Source: an uncultured Spirochaetota bacterium (GTDB taxonomy: Bacteria; Spirochaetota; Spirochaetia; SZUA-6; Fen-1364). From it: 61,642 bases of DNA. The DNA lies in the NCBI GenBank assembly GCA_963845535.1, contig CAWJSK010000008.1, positions 1-61,642 on the forward strand, in the 5' to 3' direction. How positions within the stretch are numbered: the stretch's first letter is position 1; every line of letters begins with the position of its first letter. The notes under the pieces were generated by a model, which saw nothing but the letters and a program-made list of their open reading frames with translations, did no database searches and had not been told where the DNA came from. This document shows positions 31,965-42,586 of this stretch, piece after piece. The position numbers were made by a program, and so were the translations under genes.

Positions 31965-32654
31965 TCAGGTTCCTGACTTGCTTGACGGGGTTGGGGGAGC
32001 AACCGGCTCAGGCGTAGACTTGTCTATCGCGGCCCCCACGGCTTTGCGCAAGTTCTCGACCTGAGGCGTCTTCAGCTCGAAGGTTGAATACGTGACATAC
32101 CGCCTCCCGTATCCATCATAGGCGGTGCTGGGGAAAACGGTCTTGAACACCTTCTTGGTGTTTGTCACGGAACACACGACCACGAACGTGATGTCCTGGA
32201 ACGGCCGGTATTTTTCAGTCCCCGCCGTCATGTCCAGGGTACCCGAATACAGCTCGAAATTGTACATCTTGGAAGGCGAAAGCGACTTGATGTCCATGGA
32301 AAGGTAGTTGTCGATGGCGCTGAGAAACTTCTTGGCCTGGTCGACGCTCATGGACGTTGTTTCGCTCAGGTCGAAGTCGTCCATGGTCCCTTTCTCAGGC
32401 CCACCCTTGTCACGGCGCGCAAAGAGGATGGTCTGCACGTCGCCGCTCTGGTAGACCTCGTGGGAATAGAACACGCCGAGGATCGAGCTTTCCAGGTCCA
32501 CTTCCTTGGCGAGCTCGATGTTCGATGAAATTGCGCGCTCACCACGGACCTCGGGCGCGTGCGACTGGTAGACCGGGGTGCTTTCGCCGCCCGTGCTGAA
32601 GCAGGACGAAAGAACAAGGACGAAAGCGCCGATAGCCGGGAGTAGATACTTCAC
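31965..32654 (-). CDS. Hypothetical lipoprotein
   Basis: AGGAGG then GTG; signal peptide with LSSC lipobox. Confidence 0.75.
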   Translation of the reverse strand: MKYLLPAIGAFVLVLSSCFSTGGESTPVYQSHAPEVRGERAISSNIELAKEVDLESSILGVFYSHEVYQSGDVQTILFARRDKGGPEKGTMDDFDLSETTSMSVDQAKKFLSAIDNYLSMDIKSLSPSKMYNFELYSGTLDMTAGTEKYRPFQDITFVVVCSVTNTKKVFKTVFPSTAYDGYGRRYVTYSTFELKTPQVENLRKAVGAAIDKSTPEPVAPPTPSSKSGT

Positions 32655-32800
32655 TGAATGCCTCCTTTTATGTTGCATGATTATATCAATTTTCTCTGTT
32701 ATGGCAAGTATATGTAAAGGCGCGCGCCGGCCCTGCCGCCATCGCTCAACCCTTGTTCCTGCAGAAAGGTATGCAGTACATTACAGCAAGGGAGCCGGGA

Positions 32801-33793
32801 ATGAGGGGCGCGAGTGCCGGCATTCACCACATCACCGTAATCGCCGGGGATCCGCAGAGGAGCCTGGAGTTCTATGCCGGGGTCCTCGGGCTCAGGCTCG
32901 TAAAAAAGACCGTCAACTACGATGACCCTGAAACCTACCACTTCTATTTTGCGGACGGGGCTGGGACGCCGGGGACCATTCTGACGTTCTTTCCGTGGAC
33001 GTCGTCGGGTCTCAAGGGCCGTGCCGGAGCCGGGCAGGTGACAGGCATCGCTTTCTCTGTTCCTGACGGGGCGCTCGGCTTCTGGCGGAACCGGCTCCAA
33101 CGGCTGCACGTTGAATTGGACCGAGAAAAGAAGATCGGTCCTGAGACACGGATTGCGTTTCATGATCCTGACGGCCTTGCCCTCGAGCTGGCGGAAGCCG
33201 GTGACAGGCCGTCTTCGTTTGCGTGGACGGACCAGGTCCCTGAGGAGGATGCAATTCGAGGATTCCATTCCGCCACACTGACGGTGGAGAACGCGGACAT
33301 CACTGCGGAGTTTCTTTCGAACGTCCTTGGCCTGCAGAGCGCCGGCGAAGCAGAGGGCAGGCTTGTGCTTTCAGCGCCCCGCGGCGGCGCCGGCGGGGAG
33401 GGCATGGGCACCCGCGTGGAGATTGTGAATGCGCCGGCGCAGAGCCCGGGCCGCGTGGGTGTGGGCGCCGTGCACCACATCGCCTGGCGGGCAAAAGACG
33501 ATGAAGAGCAGCGGGCGCTTCGCGCGGCGGTTGTGGCCACGGGCGCGCCTGCCACGCCGGTCATCGACCGCCTCTATTTCCACTCCGTGTATTTCCATGA
33601 GCCCAACAGGATACTTTTCGAGATTGCCACGGACCCCCCCGGTTTCACCCGGGATGAGCCGCTGGATTCCCTGGGCACGCAATTGAAGCTGCCCCCGTGG
33701 CTGGAGAAGCTCCGCCCGGGACTGGAGAAAGCGCTTCCGCCGCTGAACGTGGCCAGTGCCTTGATGCAACAACAGACCCAGGGCGGCGGCTAA
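32801..33793 (+). CDS. Ring-cleaving dioxygenase (MhqA/MhqO-like VOC family)
   Basis: GIHHIT, KKTVNYDDP, VHHIAW, DRLYFHSVYF and FEIATD. Confidence 0.93.
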   Translation: MRGASAGIHHITVIAGDPQRSLEFYAGVLGLRLVKKTVNYDDPETYHFYFADGAGTPGTILTFFPWTSSGLKGRAGAGQVTGIAFSVPDGALGFWRNRLQRLHVELDREKKIGPETRIAFHDPDGLALELAEAGDRPSSFAWTDQVPEEDAIRGFHSATLTVENADITAEFLSNVLGLQSAGEAEGRLVLSAPRGGAGGEGMGTRVEIVNAPAQSPGRVGVGAVHHIAWRAKDDEEQRALRAAVVATGAPATPVIDRLYFHSVYFHEPNRILFEIATDPPGFTRDEPLDSLGTQLKLPPWLEKLRPGLEKALPPLNVASALMQQQTQGGG

Positions 33794-33796
33794 GCA

Positions 33797-35191
33797 TCAA
33801 TCCGGCGCTGATGCGTCGGCACGAGGGAAGCCGTTCTCCCTGACCGCTTTCGCGTACCATTTGCCTGAGTCCTTCACGGTCCGCTTCTGCGTCCGGTAAT
33901 CCACGTGGACCATCCCGAAGCGCTTGGTGAAGCCGAAGCCCCACTCGAAGTTGTCCATGAACGACCAGAGGAAATAGCCGCGCACATCCGCCCCGTCCGC
34001 AATTGCCTGACGCACCGCGGCCGTATGCCGCGCCACATAGCGCGAGCGCACCGGGTCATGGACCGCTCCATCCGGGCCGGGCTCGTCAGGAAGGGACGTT
34101 CCGTTCTCCGTCACGTACAGGTAGCCGGGCCGGTATTCGCGCGCCACCCGAAGGAGCAGGCGGTAGAGCCCTTCCGGCGCCATCTCCCACTCCTCGAAGT
34201 CAGCCCGCGGGACGAACGGCCAGTGCACCTGCCGGGCCGCCAGGACGCTTCGGCCCTGCGTGCCCCGTCCGGCGGGATCATGCGCCATGATCCTGCGCGT
34301 GTAGTAGTTCACCCCGAGGAAATCGATGGGCGCCGAAATCTCCTCCAAGTCCCCGCTCCTGATCTCCGGCAGTGAGTCCGCAAACCACGCGGTCATGTCG
34401 CCGGGGTACTTCCCCCGGAACACCGGATCAAGGAACCATCTGTTGAAAGCGCCGTCATGGCGCATGGCGGCGGCAACGTCTTCTTCCTTTGGGGAGGCCG
34501 GCTCCACCCATTCGAGGTTGTGGACGATCCCCACCCGAGCGCCGGGGCAATGGGCGCGGATCACCGGCACCGCTTTCCCGTGGGAAAGGAGGATCCCATG
34601 CGCTACGGCGAGCGCCGTCTTCAGGTCCCGCATCCCGGGGGCATGATCACCGAAAAAGTGGCCGACATATGCCACCACCCACGGCTCGTTATGGGTCATC
34701 CAGTCCTTTACCCGGTCCCCGAGCGCCTTCGTGACTGCCTCAGTGTATCGGAGGAACGCGTCAACGGTGGCCCTGTTGGTCCAGCCGCCCGCGTCCTGGA
34801 GCGTCTGGGGCAGGTCCCAATGAAACAGGGTGGCAAACGGGCGGATTCCCCGCGCCAGCATCTCGTCAACCAACCGATCGTAGAACGCAAGGCCTTTCGG
34901 GTTCACCGACCCTCGGCCGTCGGGTATGATCCGCGGCCATGAGAGTGAGAACCGATAGTTGTGAAGCCCCAGCTCTTTCATGAGGTCGAAGTCCCAGGCA
35001 AAGCGATGGTAGTGGTCACAGGCAACGCGGCCGTCGCTGCCGTCCGCAATCTTTCCCGGGGTGGACGCAAACCTGTCCCAGACGGACTCTCCCTTGCCGT
35101 CCTGGTCCCATGCGCCTTCGATCTGATACGCGGCGGTTGCCGTCCCCCAGAGGAACCCCTGCGGGAACTCGAGCCTCCCTTGAATCGACAT
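33797..35191 (-). CDS. GH1 beta-glucosidase
   Basis: WGTATAAYQIEG, HNEP, VTENG and DNFEW. Confidence 0.96.
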   Translation of the reverse strand: MSIQGRLEFPQGFLWGTATAAYQIEGAWDQDGKGESVWDRFASTPGKIADGSDGRVACDHYHRFAWDFDLMKELGLHNYRFSLSWPRIIPDGRGSVNPKGLAFYDRLVDEMLARGIRPFATLFHWDLPQTLQDAGGWTNRATVDAFLRYTEAVTKALGDRVKDWMTHNEPWVVAYVGHFFGDHAPGMRDLKTALAVAHGILLSHGKAVPVIRAHCPGARVGIVHNLEWVEPASPKEEDVAAAMRHDGAFNRWFLDPVFRGKYPGDMTAWFADSLPEIRSGDLEEISAPIDFLGVNYYTRRIMAHDPAGRGTQGRSVLAARQVHWPFVPRADFEEWEMAPEGLYRLLLRVAREYRPGYLYVTENGTSLPDEPGPDGAVHDPVRSRYVARHTAAVRQAIADGADVRGYFLWSFMDNFEWGFGFTKRFGMVHVDYRTQKRTVKDSGKWYAKAVRENGFPRADASAPD

Positions 35192-35228
35192 CGTTTGACT
35201 CCTGTTGAAAGCCTTTGAACGCTTGCCC

Positions 35229-36095
35229 CTATCCCTTGAGAGCGCCTGCCGTGGCCCCGGCCATGATGCGCCGCGAGAATATGAAGTACAGCACCAAAGG
35301 AACCAAGGCCACCAGGAACATGCAGGCGAACTGGATTGCGTAGTCGGAACTGTATTCCCCCTGGAACTTGATGATGGCGAACGGAAGAGTCCGCAAGTTG
35401 TCGGTTGCCAGGTACGTATACGCCATGATGAACTCGTTCCAGTTATTGAGGAACGTCATCACGAAGACGGTAATGGTGGCGGGAACCGACATGGGGGCCA
35501 CGATGCTCCAGAGGATGCGAGGCCAGGAGCACCCGTCGATGAATGCCGATTCTTCCATCGAACGCGGAAGCGTTCGCAACTGGCCAATGTAGATCAGCGT
35601 GTTGAAGCTCAGCGTGAACGCGACATACGGGATGATGAGCCCGAGGTGTGTGTCGATAAGATGGAAGTAATTGAACCAGATGAAGTTGGGCAGCAGCGTG
35701 GTATGGATGGGCACGACCATGCCCAGGGTGACCGCCACGAGCGCCAGAGGTACCAGCTTTCCTTTCATCCGTGTGATGGCGTACGCGCTGCAAAAGGAAA
35801 TGACGGTGGATGCGAGCACGGACCCGACAACGACGATGGTGCTGTTGATGAAGTACCTGAGGATTTTTCCATTCACCCACGCCCGCTGGTAGTTCCCCCA
35901 CTGTGGGTGGTTGGTGATCTTGAGGAGCTCCGGTCCGAAAAGGTCCCCGGATTTCAGGATGGAATAATCGAAAACCCATAAGAGGGGAAACACCTGGAGG
36001 AGCGCCAAAACGATGAGAAAGAAGAGAAGGATTGATTTGCCCGCAACCGCGACGGCCGGAAGGCCCTTTGTTCCGGGCAAGCTCTTGGCAATCAT
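35229..36095 (-). CDS. Carbohydrate ABC transporter permease
   Basis: EESAFIDG EAA loop and WNEF. Confidence 0.95.
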   Translation of the reverse strand: MIAKSLPGTKGLPAVAVAGKSILLFFLIVLALLQVFPLLWVFDYSILKSGDLFGPELLKITNHPQWGNYQRAWVNGKILRYFINSTIVVVGSVLASTVISFCSAYAITRMKGKLVPLALVAVTLGMVVPIHTTLLPNFIWFNYFHLIDTHLGLIIPYVAFTLSFNTLIYIGQLRTLPRSMEESAFIDGCSWPRILWSIVAPMSVPATITVFVMTFLNNWNEFIMAYTYLATDNLRTLPFAIIKFQGEYSSDYAIQFACMFLVALVPLVLYFIFSRRIMAGATAGALKG

Positions 36096-36104
36096 ACGGG
36101 CTCC

Positions 36105-36992
36105 CTACTGAGCGTCATCGTTTCCCCTGAGAAGGCGCTGCACGACCAAAGTGACGCCCACGGCCACAACGACAAAGAGGACGGAGAGCGCATTGCCGTA
36201 GCCGTACTGGCCGGCGCTGAACGCCTTCTGGTAAAGGTATACAGAGACGAACTGGGTGAGCATTCCGGGGCCGCCCGCCGTGGACAGGAAGATCATCTCC
36301 ATTTGCTTCAGGCTGGAGATCACGTCGATCACCAGGACTGCCGAAATCACGGGAAACATGAAGGGGATGATGACCCTGAGATACGCCTGGAGCCAGCCGG
36401 CGCCGTCCACCCGGGTTGCCTCTTCGATTTCCCGGGGCACGGTCATGAGGCCCGTGTAGTAGAACAGCAGCGCCCAGCCGAACCCCTGCCAGATGATGAT
36501 CCAGATCACCGCCCCGAGCGCCGTATGCGGGTTGGAAAGCCAGGAAAACGCGAGAGACTTGAGACCTACGGCAATGAGAACCTTGTTCAGGATCCCGTAC
36601 GTCGGGTTGAAGATACTGACCCAGAGCTTGGCCACCACCACCAGGGAGAGGACCGCGGGGATGAAAAACACCGTCCGGAAGAACCGGGAGGCTCTTTCCG
36701 TGATGTGGGAGAGGACCGCGGCCAGGGCAAAGGCGACCGGGTTCTGGATGCAGATGGTGACTACCATGAGGATGAAGGCGTTCATCAGAGACCGCCAGAA
36801 CACGGGATCCGCGGTCAGGATCTGGCGGTAGTTCTCAAGGCCCACGGAGTGGAACTTGCCGAACCCCGCCCAGTCCGTCAGGCTGTAGTATGCGGCAAAC
36901 CCCACGGGGACCACAAGGGAGAAGATGATGACAAGAAGGCCCGGCAGCACGAGTGCTGCCGAGACCTTCTCATTTCCGAAAAGACCTTTCAC
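36105..36992 (-). CDS. Sugar ABC transporter permease
   Basis: VGLENY, EEATRVDGA and YGYGNAL. Confidence 0.93.
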   Translation of the reverse strand: MKGLFGNEKVSAALVLPGLLVIIFSLVVPVGFAAYYSLTDWAGFGKFHSVGLENYRQILTADPVFWRSLMNAFILMVVTICIQNPVAFALAAVLSHITERASRFFRTVFFIPAVLSLVVVAKLWVSIFNPTYGILNKVLIAVGLKSLAFSWLSNPHTALGAVIWIIIWQGFGWALLFYYTGLMTVPREIEEATRVDGAGWLQAYLRVIIPFMFPVISAVLVIDVISSLKQMEMIFLSTAGGPGMLTQFVSVYLYQKAFSAGQYGYGNALSVLFVVVAVGVTLVVQRLLRGNDDAQ

Positions 36993-37002
36993 TCCAGGTC
37001 TT

Positions 37003-38268
37003 TCACTGCTGCTGCGAGGCTGTTTCCGCGGAAGCGTCGATCTTCTTGCAGAACTCTTCGGGCGTGATGAGGCCCGAAGAGAGCTCGCGGATGAAGTTCT
37101 GGTGGTCCTCTTTGAACTGTGGAGTGGAACGGTCGATGGTCGTGGTGCCGCTCGTCTTCCTGGCGTCCGCCAGAATCTTGACGAGCGTCTTGGCCACGGG
37201 CGTGTCGGATTCCAGCGTCGTGATCTTCTGCGCCGGGAACGCCGCATGCTTCTCCCATGCCAGCACCGGGAAACGCTCCGCGTAGTACTTGAGATATTTC
37301 AGGTCGAGGTCCTGGTACTTCGAGGCGGAGCTGATGACGTAGTTGCCGCCGAACCATGCCTCGAGGTCGTCGACCTTCCCTTTGCCGTTCTTCAGCACGG
37401 GGAACTTGAAGGCATTCACATTGGCCCTGAACTCATCCGAGAAGTTCGGGTCGGTGGCGAGCCCCATTTCCCAGGGGCCCATGATGTACATGGCTGCCTT
37501 CTCCTGACCAAAGAGGTTGCGGGAGGCGCCATAGTCGGAGACCGTCAGGTCATCCGAGAACAGGCCCGACTGCATGAACTTGACGTACTGCCGCGCGCCC
37601 TCGACAAAGTCACGGTCGGTGAACTTCGCCTTGCGATCCAGTGCCGCTTGCTGACGGGAGAAGTCCCCGTTCACGCGCTCGCAGAGCACGTCATACGTAA
37701 TGGAGAGCGGCCACGCGTCCTTGCCGTCGGTGACGATGGGGATGATCCCCTTGGCCTTGAACTTGGGAGCCATGGCTTCCAGTTCCTCGATGGTGGTCGG
37801 CACGGTCACCCCCGCGTCCTTGAACAGCTTCTGGTTGTAATAAATCACCCAGAAATCCGCGGAGACGGGAATGCCGTAGAGCTTGCCGCCCCAGACATTG
37901 CTTTCCAGGGAGCCGGGAACGTAGCCGTACTTCGCGAAATCCGCCTTGTTCAGCTCCGTCACGAAGCCGCTGTCCACCAGGGGCTTCAGGAGCGTGGAGA
38001 AGCTCCAGTACTTGAAGACGTCCGGGAGCTGTTTCGCCGTGGCGTAGATCTTGATCTTCTGCTGGTAGGGCTGGTCAGGGTAGCTCTCCGTGACGATGTC
38101 CACACCGGGGTTGGCTGCCTTGAACTCGGTGTTGATCTGCTCCACCACCGCGCCCCACCCGGTGGAGCGATCCGAGAGGTTGTCACCCATCTTCAAGGTG
38201 ACTTTCGCCTGGGCCCCCAGCGCTCCTGCAATGCACAGCGCCAGAAGAGCCACTACAATTCTCTTCAT
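37003..38268 (-). CDS. Sugar ABC transporter extracellular solute-binding protein
   Basis: Signal peptide; LPDVF, GKLYGIP, YYNQKLF and PTTIEEL. Confidence 0.93.
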   Translation of the reverse strand: MKRIVVALLALCIAGALGAQAKVTLKMGDNLSDRSTGWGAVVEQINTEFKAANPGVDIVTESYPDQPYQQKIKIYATAKQLPDVFKYWSFSTLLKPLVDSGFVTELNKADFAKYGYVPGSLESNVWGGKLYGIPVSADFWVIYYNQKLFKDAGVTVPTTIEELEAMAPKFKAKGIIPIVTDGKDAWPLSITYDVLCERVNGDFSRQQAALDRKAKFTDRDFVEGARQYVKFMQSGLFSDDLTVSDYGASRNLFGQEKAAMYIMGPWEMGLATDPNFSDEFRANVNAFKFPVLKNGKGKVDDLEAWFGGNYVISSASKYQDLDLKYLKYYAERFPVLAWEKHAAFPAQKITTLESDTPVAKTLVKILADARKTSGTTTIDRSTPQFKEDHQNFIRELSSGLITPEEFCKKIDASAETASQQQ

Positions 38269-38373
38269 TCTTTCCTCCTTCTGTCTCAGGGATGAGGCAT
38301 TATCCCACGCCCTCAGGCGGCCGTGAATGACTCCGGTTCCGGAAGTTTGACGGATTTTCCGAAATACGGCCGT

Positions 38374-39564
38374 TCAGGGACGGGAATCGTTCCCCGTCCA
38401 GGCGCTCGGGCTGGTTCCGGTCACTTTCTTGAAAACACGGCTGAAATGCTCGACGTTCAGAAATCCCACCCGTTCCGCCACCTCGTACACCTTGAGCCGG
38501 GTCGTCGAGAAGAGTCTCTTCGCTTCTTCGATCCGCACTCGAGCAACGTATTCCGTGAGCGTTTCCCCTGTCTCCCGGGCGAACTCCCAACTCAGATGGT
38601 TCTTCGACACGCCGGCTTTGTCGGCAACCGCCGCCAGGGAGAGCTCCGCGTCGGCGAAACTTTCCCGGATGAACCGCTTGGCGAGCACGATGATCCGAGA
38701 CTCGACCCCGCGGTGGGACATGGCCGCCTGATAGGCAGGCCGCACGTCGCCAAGGTTGCAGCAGGGCGCGCTCAGGGAGAAGCTGACGCGGACGGAAAGG
38801 TAACGCTCCAGGTACTCCTTTGCATCGGAGCAGTAGGTGCCGGCCGTCTCCTCGGCGCCGTGGAAGAAGACCACGGCGTGGTCAGGTCGGACGGTGACCA
38901 CGTGGCCTGTCCCGCGCTTGGAAAGGACCTGCGCCAGGGATCGCTCGACCATGGAGCAGAAACGATCCAGGCCTTCGTCTCGGTAACGGGCGGCAACCGA
39001 CGGGAAGTCCCCGATCCAGAACGCGCCCAGGAAAAAGGGCGGAGCCAGGGTCACTCCGAGGCTTGCAAGCGCCGCCGCCGAGTCTCCCGCGGGAGACTCG
39101 GCCAGAAGATCACGCAGCATCTGCGACCTGAGGAACTCCACCTGCCTGCGTTCTATGACCGAGGAACCGCTGTCCCGGGATTTGTCGATGCCGGCCGCCG
39201 CCTTTTTCAGCGCCGCAAGGAGCGAATCCCCCTCCATCTCCTCCTTGCGCACGTAGTCCACCGCCCCGAGCGTGAAAGCGGTCCTCACCAGGTGGAAGTC
39301 GTCATAGGCGGAAAGCACAATGACCGCCCGGGAGGCCACGCCCCCATTGGGAGCGCATTTGAGGAACTCGATCCCGTCCATGACGGGCATGGAAATATCC
39401 AGCAGCACGATGTCGATCTCGGGGTGGTTGGCCAGCACCTCCAGGGCTTCCTTGCCGTTGGAGGCCTCGTGGGACAGGTCGAAACCATCCTCCTCCCAGG
39501 CGCGCATGCTGGCCAGGGAGAGGCGGACAAAGGGCTCATCGTCCACGATCAGGACGCCGTGCAT
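38374..39564 (-). CDS. Response regulator, REC + AraC HTH (YesN-like)
   Basis: IVDDE and DISMPVMDG; YEVAERVGF...FSRVFKK. Confidence 0.93.
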   Translation of the reverse strand: MHGVLIVDDEPFVRLSLASMRAWEEDGFDLSHEASNGKEALEVLANHPEIDIVLLDISMPVMDGIEFLKCAPNGGVASRAVIVLSAYDDFHLVRTAFTLGAVDYVRKEEMEGDSLLAALKKAAAGIDKSRDSGSSVIERRQVEFLRSQMLRDLLAESPAGDSAAALASLGVTLAPPFFLGAFWIGDFPSVAARYRDEGLDRFCSMVERSLAQVLSKRGTGHVVTVRPDHAVVFFHGAEETAGTYCSDAKEYLERYLSVRVSFSLSAPCCNLGDVRPAYQAAMSHRGVESRIIVLAKRFIRESFADAELSLAAVADKAGVSKNHLSWEFARETGETLTEYVARVRIEEAKRLFSTTRLKVYEVAERVGFLNVEHFSRVFKKVTGTSPSAWTGNDSRP

Positions 39565-39568
39565 CCGC

Positions 39569-41254
39569 TCACGCCTCCTGCTTCATGACCGGCAGGACGA
39601 ACCTGACGAGCGTATACGAGCCGGGGACACTGCTCACTTCCAGCCCGAAGGGATCACCGAAGTTCAATCGGATCCTTTGGTGGACATTCGCAAGCCCAAT
39701 GCGGTGCAGGCCGGCGCTTCCGGCCCTGGCGCCGTTGCCGTTTTCCGGCTCGAGGACCGACCTGGCCAGCTCCTCGCTCATGCCGACTCCGTCATCCCGG
39801 GCTTCGATCAGGAGCCGCCGGCCGGGGACAGCAGTAAAGCCGTTCCGCAGCGCGCGCGCCGCGGGCTGGACGGGAGTTTTCTCCACGCGGGAGGAGACGG
39901 AGATTGAACCGCGCCGCCCTGCCGGAGAGATTCCATGAAGAATTGCGTTTTCCATGATTGGCTGCAGGATCATCTTCAGCACCATGAGGTCTTTCGTTTC
40001 CTCGCCGATGCTCCACTCCACGTCGAAGGTTTCCCCGAAGCGGACCTTCATGATCCCGACGTAGCTGGCGACGTTGGCAATCTCGTGGGAAAGCGTTGTC
40101 ATAGGGCCCGTGCTGGAGTAGCTGTCCGCCAGGACGCGCATGAGGGACTGCGTCATGTCCGCAATTCCGTCAGCCTTGGCGGCGCGCGCCATGAGCCTGA
40201 TGGAGCTCAACGTGTTGGACACGAAATGGGGATCGATCTGGAAGCGCAGCGCTTCCAGATCAGCTTTCATGCGCTCCCGCTCCCGCTCCTCACGCTCTAC
40301 GGTGATGAGGTGAGCGTAGAGGAAGAAAAGGCCGACAAGCAGGGCGAGAGCAGGGTACAGATACCACTGATAGGAGGTAATACGGCCCGTAATGGCCGCC
40401 TTGTCCACAAGGACCACCACCGTCCACCCGGTGGAATCCATCAGCAGGGAGCTTGCCAGCCAGGTCTTTCCCGCGAACCGCACCTGCCGAAAGGAGGCGG
40501 TCTCCGCGCTTGTCCCTGCTTTCTGCCGCAGCGGCTCAAGCGCCTCCGGAGAATCGAGGCCGGCAGTCTGCGGCAGGCTCGTGAGGAGGACTTTCCCTTC
40601 ACGGCTGTAGATGACCACGTCACCGGCTGCCCGTGAGGCGGGCCGGGAGCGAAGGCTGTCGAAATAGGGGATGCGGAACCTCGCCATGACGGCGTCTATC
40701 TGGGTGTCATAATCCTGCGCCGAGGTGCAGACAACAAGGGAAAGCATGTACTCGTTCGGGTTGCCTCCCGGAATTGTCACCTGGTCCAGCAGGTAGATTG
40801 TGCCTGCCTGCCGGCGCGCCCGCGTATAGACAGCCGGATCGATCCTTCCGATCGACCTCGTCTTGGAATAGTTCTGGTACGAGTAGAACTGGCCATCTTT
40901 CATGGAAACGAGCACTTCGCCGACTCTGTTGGAATACGTGAAGAAGCTCAGGAGCTTGTCACCCAGCCGGTTGCCCGCGATCAGCTTCGCGCCGGACCCG
41001 CGGGCCTGCTCATAGGTGTCTGCAAGGGCGCGCAACTCAAGGTCGTGGAACAAAGCGGAGGTGAGGATGGAAACGCCGTCTACTTCGTTCGCGATGTTTT
41101 TCGTGATCTGTTCGACCACGGCCTCCGTCTGCCCGGCAACCGTGGAGAAGAGCGCAGAGAGATAGAGCTGGGAGAGTATCACGGAAACCAGGAGCGCCGG
41201 GACGCACACGAGGAGAATGAAACCAATATTGAACCGTCGAAGAGCCGAGACCAC
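39569..41254 (-). CDS. Sensor histidine kinase (YesM/LytS-like)
   Basis: Two TMs; QIDPHFVSNTL, LQPIMENAILHG, DDGVGM and IGLANV. Confidence 0.93.
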   Translation of the reverse strand: MVSALRRFNIGFILLVCVPALLVSVILSQLYLSALFSTVAGQTEAVVEQITKNIANEVDGVSILTSALFHDLELRALADTYEQARGSGAKLIAGNRLGDKLLSFFTYSNRVGEVLVSMKDGQFYSYQNYSKTRSIGRIDPAVYTRARRQAGTIYLLDQVTIPGGNPNEYMLSLVVCTSAQDYDTQIDAVMARFRIPYFDSLRSRPASRAAGDVVIYSREGKVLLTSLPQTAGLDSPEALEPLRQKAGTSAETASFRQVRFAGKTWLASSLLMDSTGWTVVVLVDKAAITGRITSYQWYLYPALALLVGLFFLYAHLITVEREERERERMKADLEALRFQIDPHFVSNTLSSIRLMARAAKADGIADMTQSLMRVLADSYSSTGPMTTLSHEIANVASYVGIMKVRFGETFDVEWSIGEETKDLMVLKMILQPIMENAILHGISPAGRRGSISVSSRVEKTPVQPAARALRNGFTAVPGRRLLIEARDDGVGMSEELARSVLEPENGNGARAGSAGLHRIGLANVHQRIRLNFGDPFGLEVSSVPGSYTLVRFVLPVMKQEA

Positions 41255-41375
41255 GGAGCCAGTATACTCCGGGTCCCGCCGCTGCCGCCACAGCGCGGCG
41301 CCCGCGCCGGCTGCATCGGCGGCTCACGGGCGCTTTCAGCGGCTTACAGAGCGGCTCACAGGCGCCTACCGCGGC

Positions 41376-42540
41376 CTACAGCGGCCGTCCGATGGCCCGT
41401 CTCTTTTTTTTCAGGTATTCCAGGTAGTCCTTGTAGCTGATGTTGGGAGGCGCGAGGTGGTCAAGATGGGGCACGTAGCCCTCCGGATTCAATCAACGGT
41501 TTGATCCGTTCGATTTCCTTTTCGGTGGATGCCCCGCCCGCGGCTATGGCCTCTTTGCTGATTCCTCCGCGCAGGAGAAGCTCCTTGCCGAACTTCTTTC
41601 TCCACGCCATGTGGTCGGCTCCTTCCGTTACTTCCAAGGGGAACATGATGTTCACTCCCGCCTCCAACCACAAAGGTATCAGGGCCTCGGGGTTCCCATC
41701 GCAATCCACAAGGGAAAGGGCGCATCCCCTCTTGCCCGCCTCTTCCATTACGAGCTTGTAGGCGGGCAGGAAGAAGCGGCGAAACTGGTCCGGGCTCACG
41801 AACGGACCGTTCTTGGACGCCATGTCCTCCCACCAGCCCACGTAGTCCACGGGGATGTCCGCAGGGAGCTTTCGGATCTGGCAGACGCACAGCTCGGCCC
41901 ACGACATCGCCATCTCCTCCACCATGGCGGGATCATCGTAGAAGCAGAGTGACAGGTTCTCGAAGCCCATCCAGTTCCGAAGCTGTCCGTAGAAACCTTG
42001 CATTCCCACGGAGATCATCCGCCCGGACTGCGCTACGGCCCTGATCCGCGCAAGCTCGGCTTCCGGGAAGCTGCGGGTGGGATCATCAGCCTGGTAACGC
42101 TTTTGCATGCACTTCCAGTCCTCACGGGTGCGCACGGGGAAGCTCACGAAGTGGGGGATCGAGCTTTCATCGACATTGCTGAGGTATCTCTCCGAGATCA
42201 CCCCATCCTGGTCACGCATGAGGGTCTTGTCCCCGTCCGTGCCAATGACCTCCGGGGGGAAGCCGGGGTTGAAGTGGATGCGGAGAAGGATCTCCTCTCC
42301 GCTTGTATCGAAGGCGAAGAAGCTGTCCAGCTTCCTGACCAGGACTTCCTGGGCGTCTTTCTCGTTGATCCTTTCCCGCTCGCTGTACCACCATTCCTCC
42401 AGGCTGCGTGGCAGCCCTTCCTTCATCCATCGACGGACGGTCTGGGGCCAGTAGCCGAACTCGATATCGGGAATCCGGTCCACGGGCTGGCCCGTGAGGA
42501 ACTTGTAGTAGCGCTCGGTGACAGTCTTTCGGGTCTTCAT
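41376..42540 (-). CDS. Uroporphyrinogen decarboxylase/MtaA-CmuA superfamily protein; +1 frameshift near 41480
   Basis: LRNWMGFE, WEDMA and DCDG; removing one G restores GGYVPHLDHLAPPNISYKDY...* ending at 41376. Confidence 0.85.
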
Positions 42541-42586
42541 GAGCAACTCTCTTTTCGTTGAAACGACGGTTTGGCGCGGAGGGCGG

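Noticed and set aside
20660..41490. Programmed frameshifting or phase variation at about 20670, 24560, 28083, 29338 and 41480
   Set aside because: Isolated 1-bp indels, mostly in short G runs, in unrelated intact genes; no slippery heptamers or long tracts; most likely sequencing error
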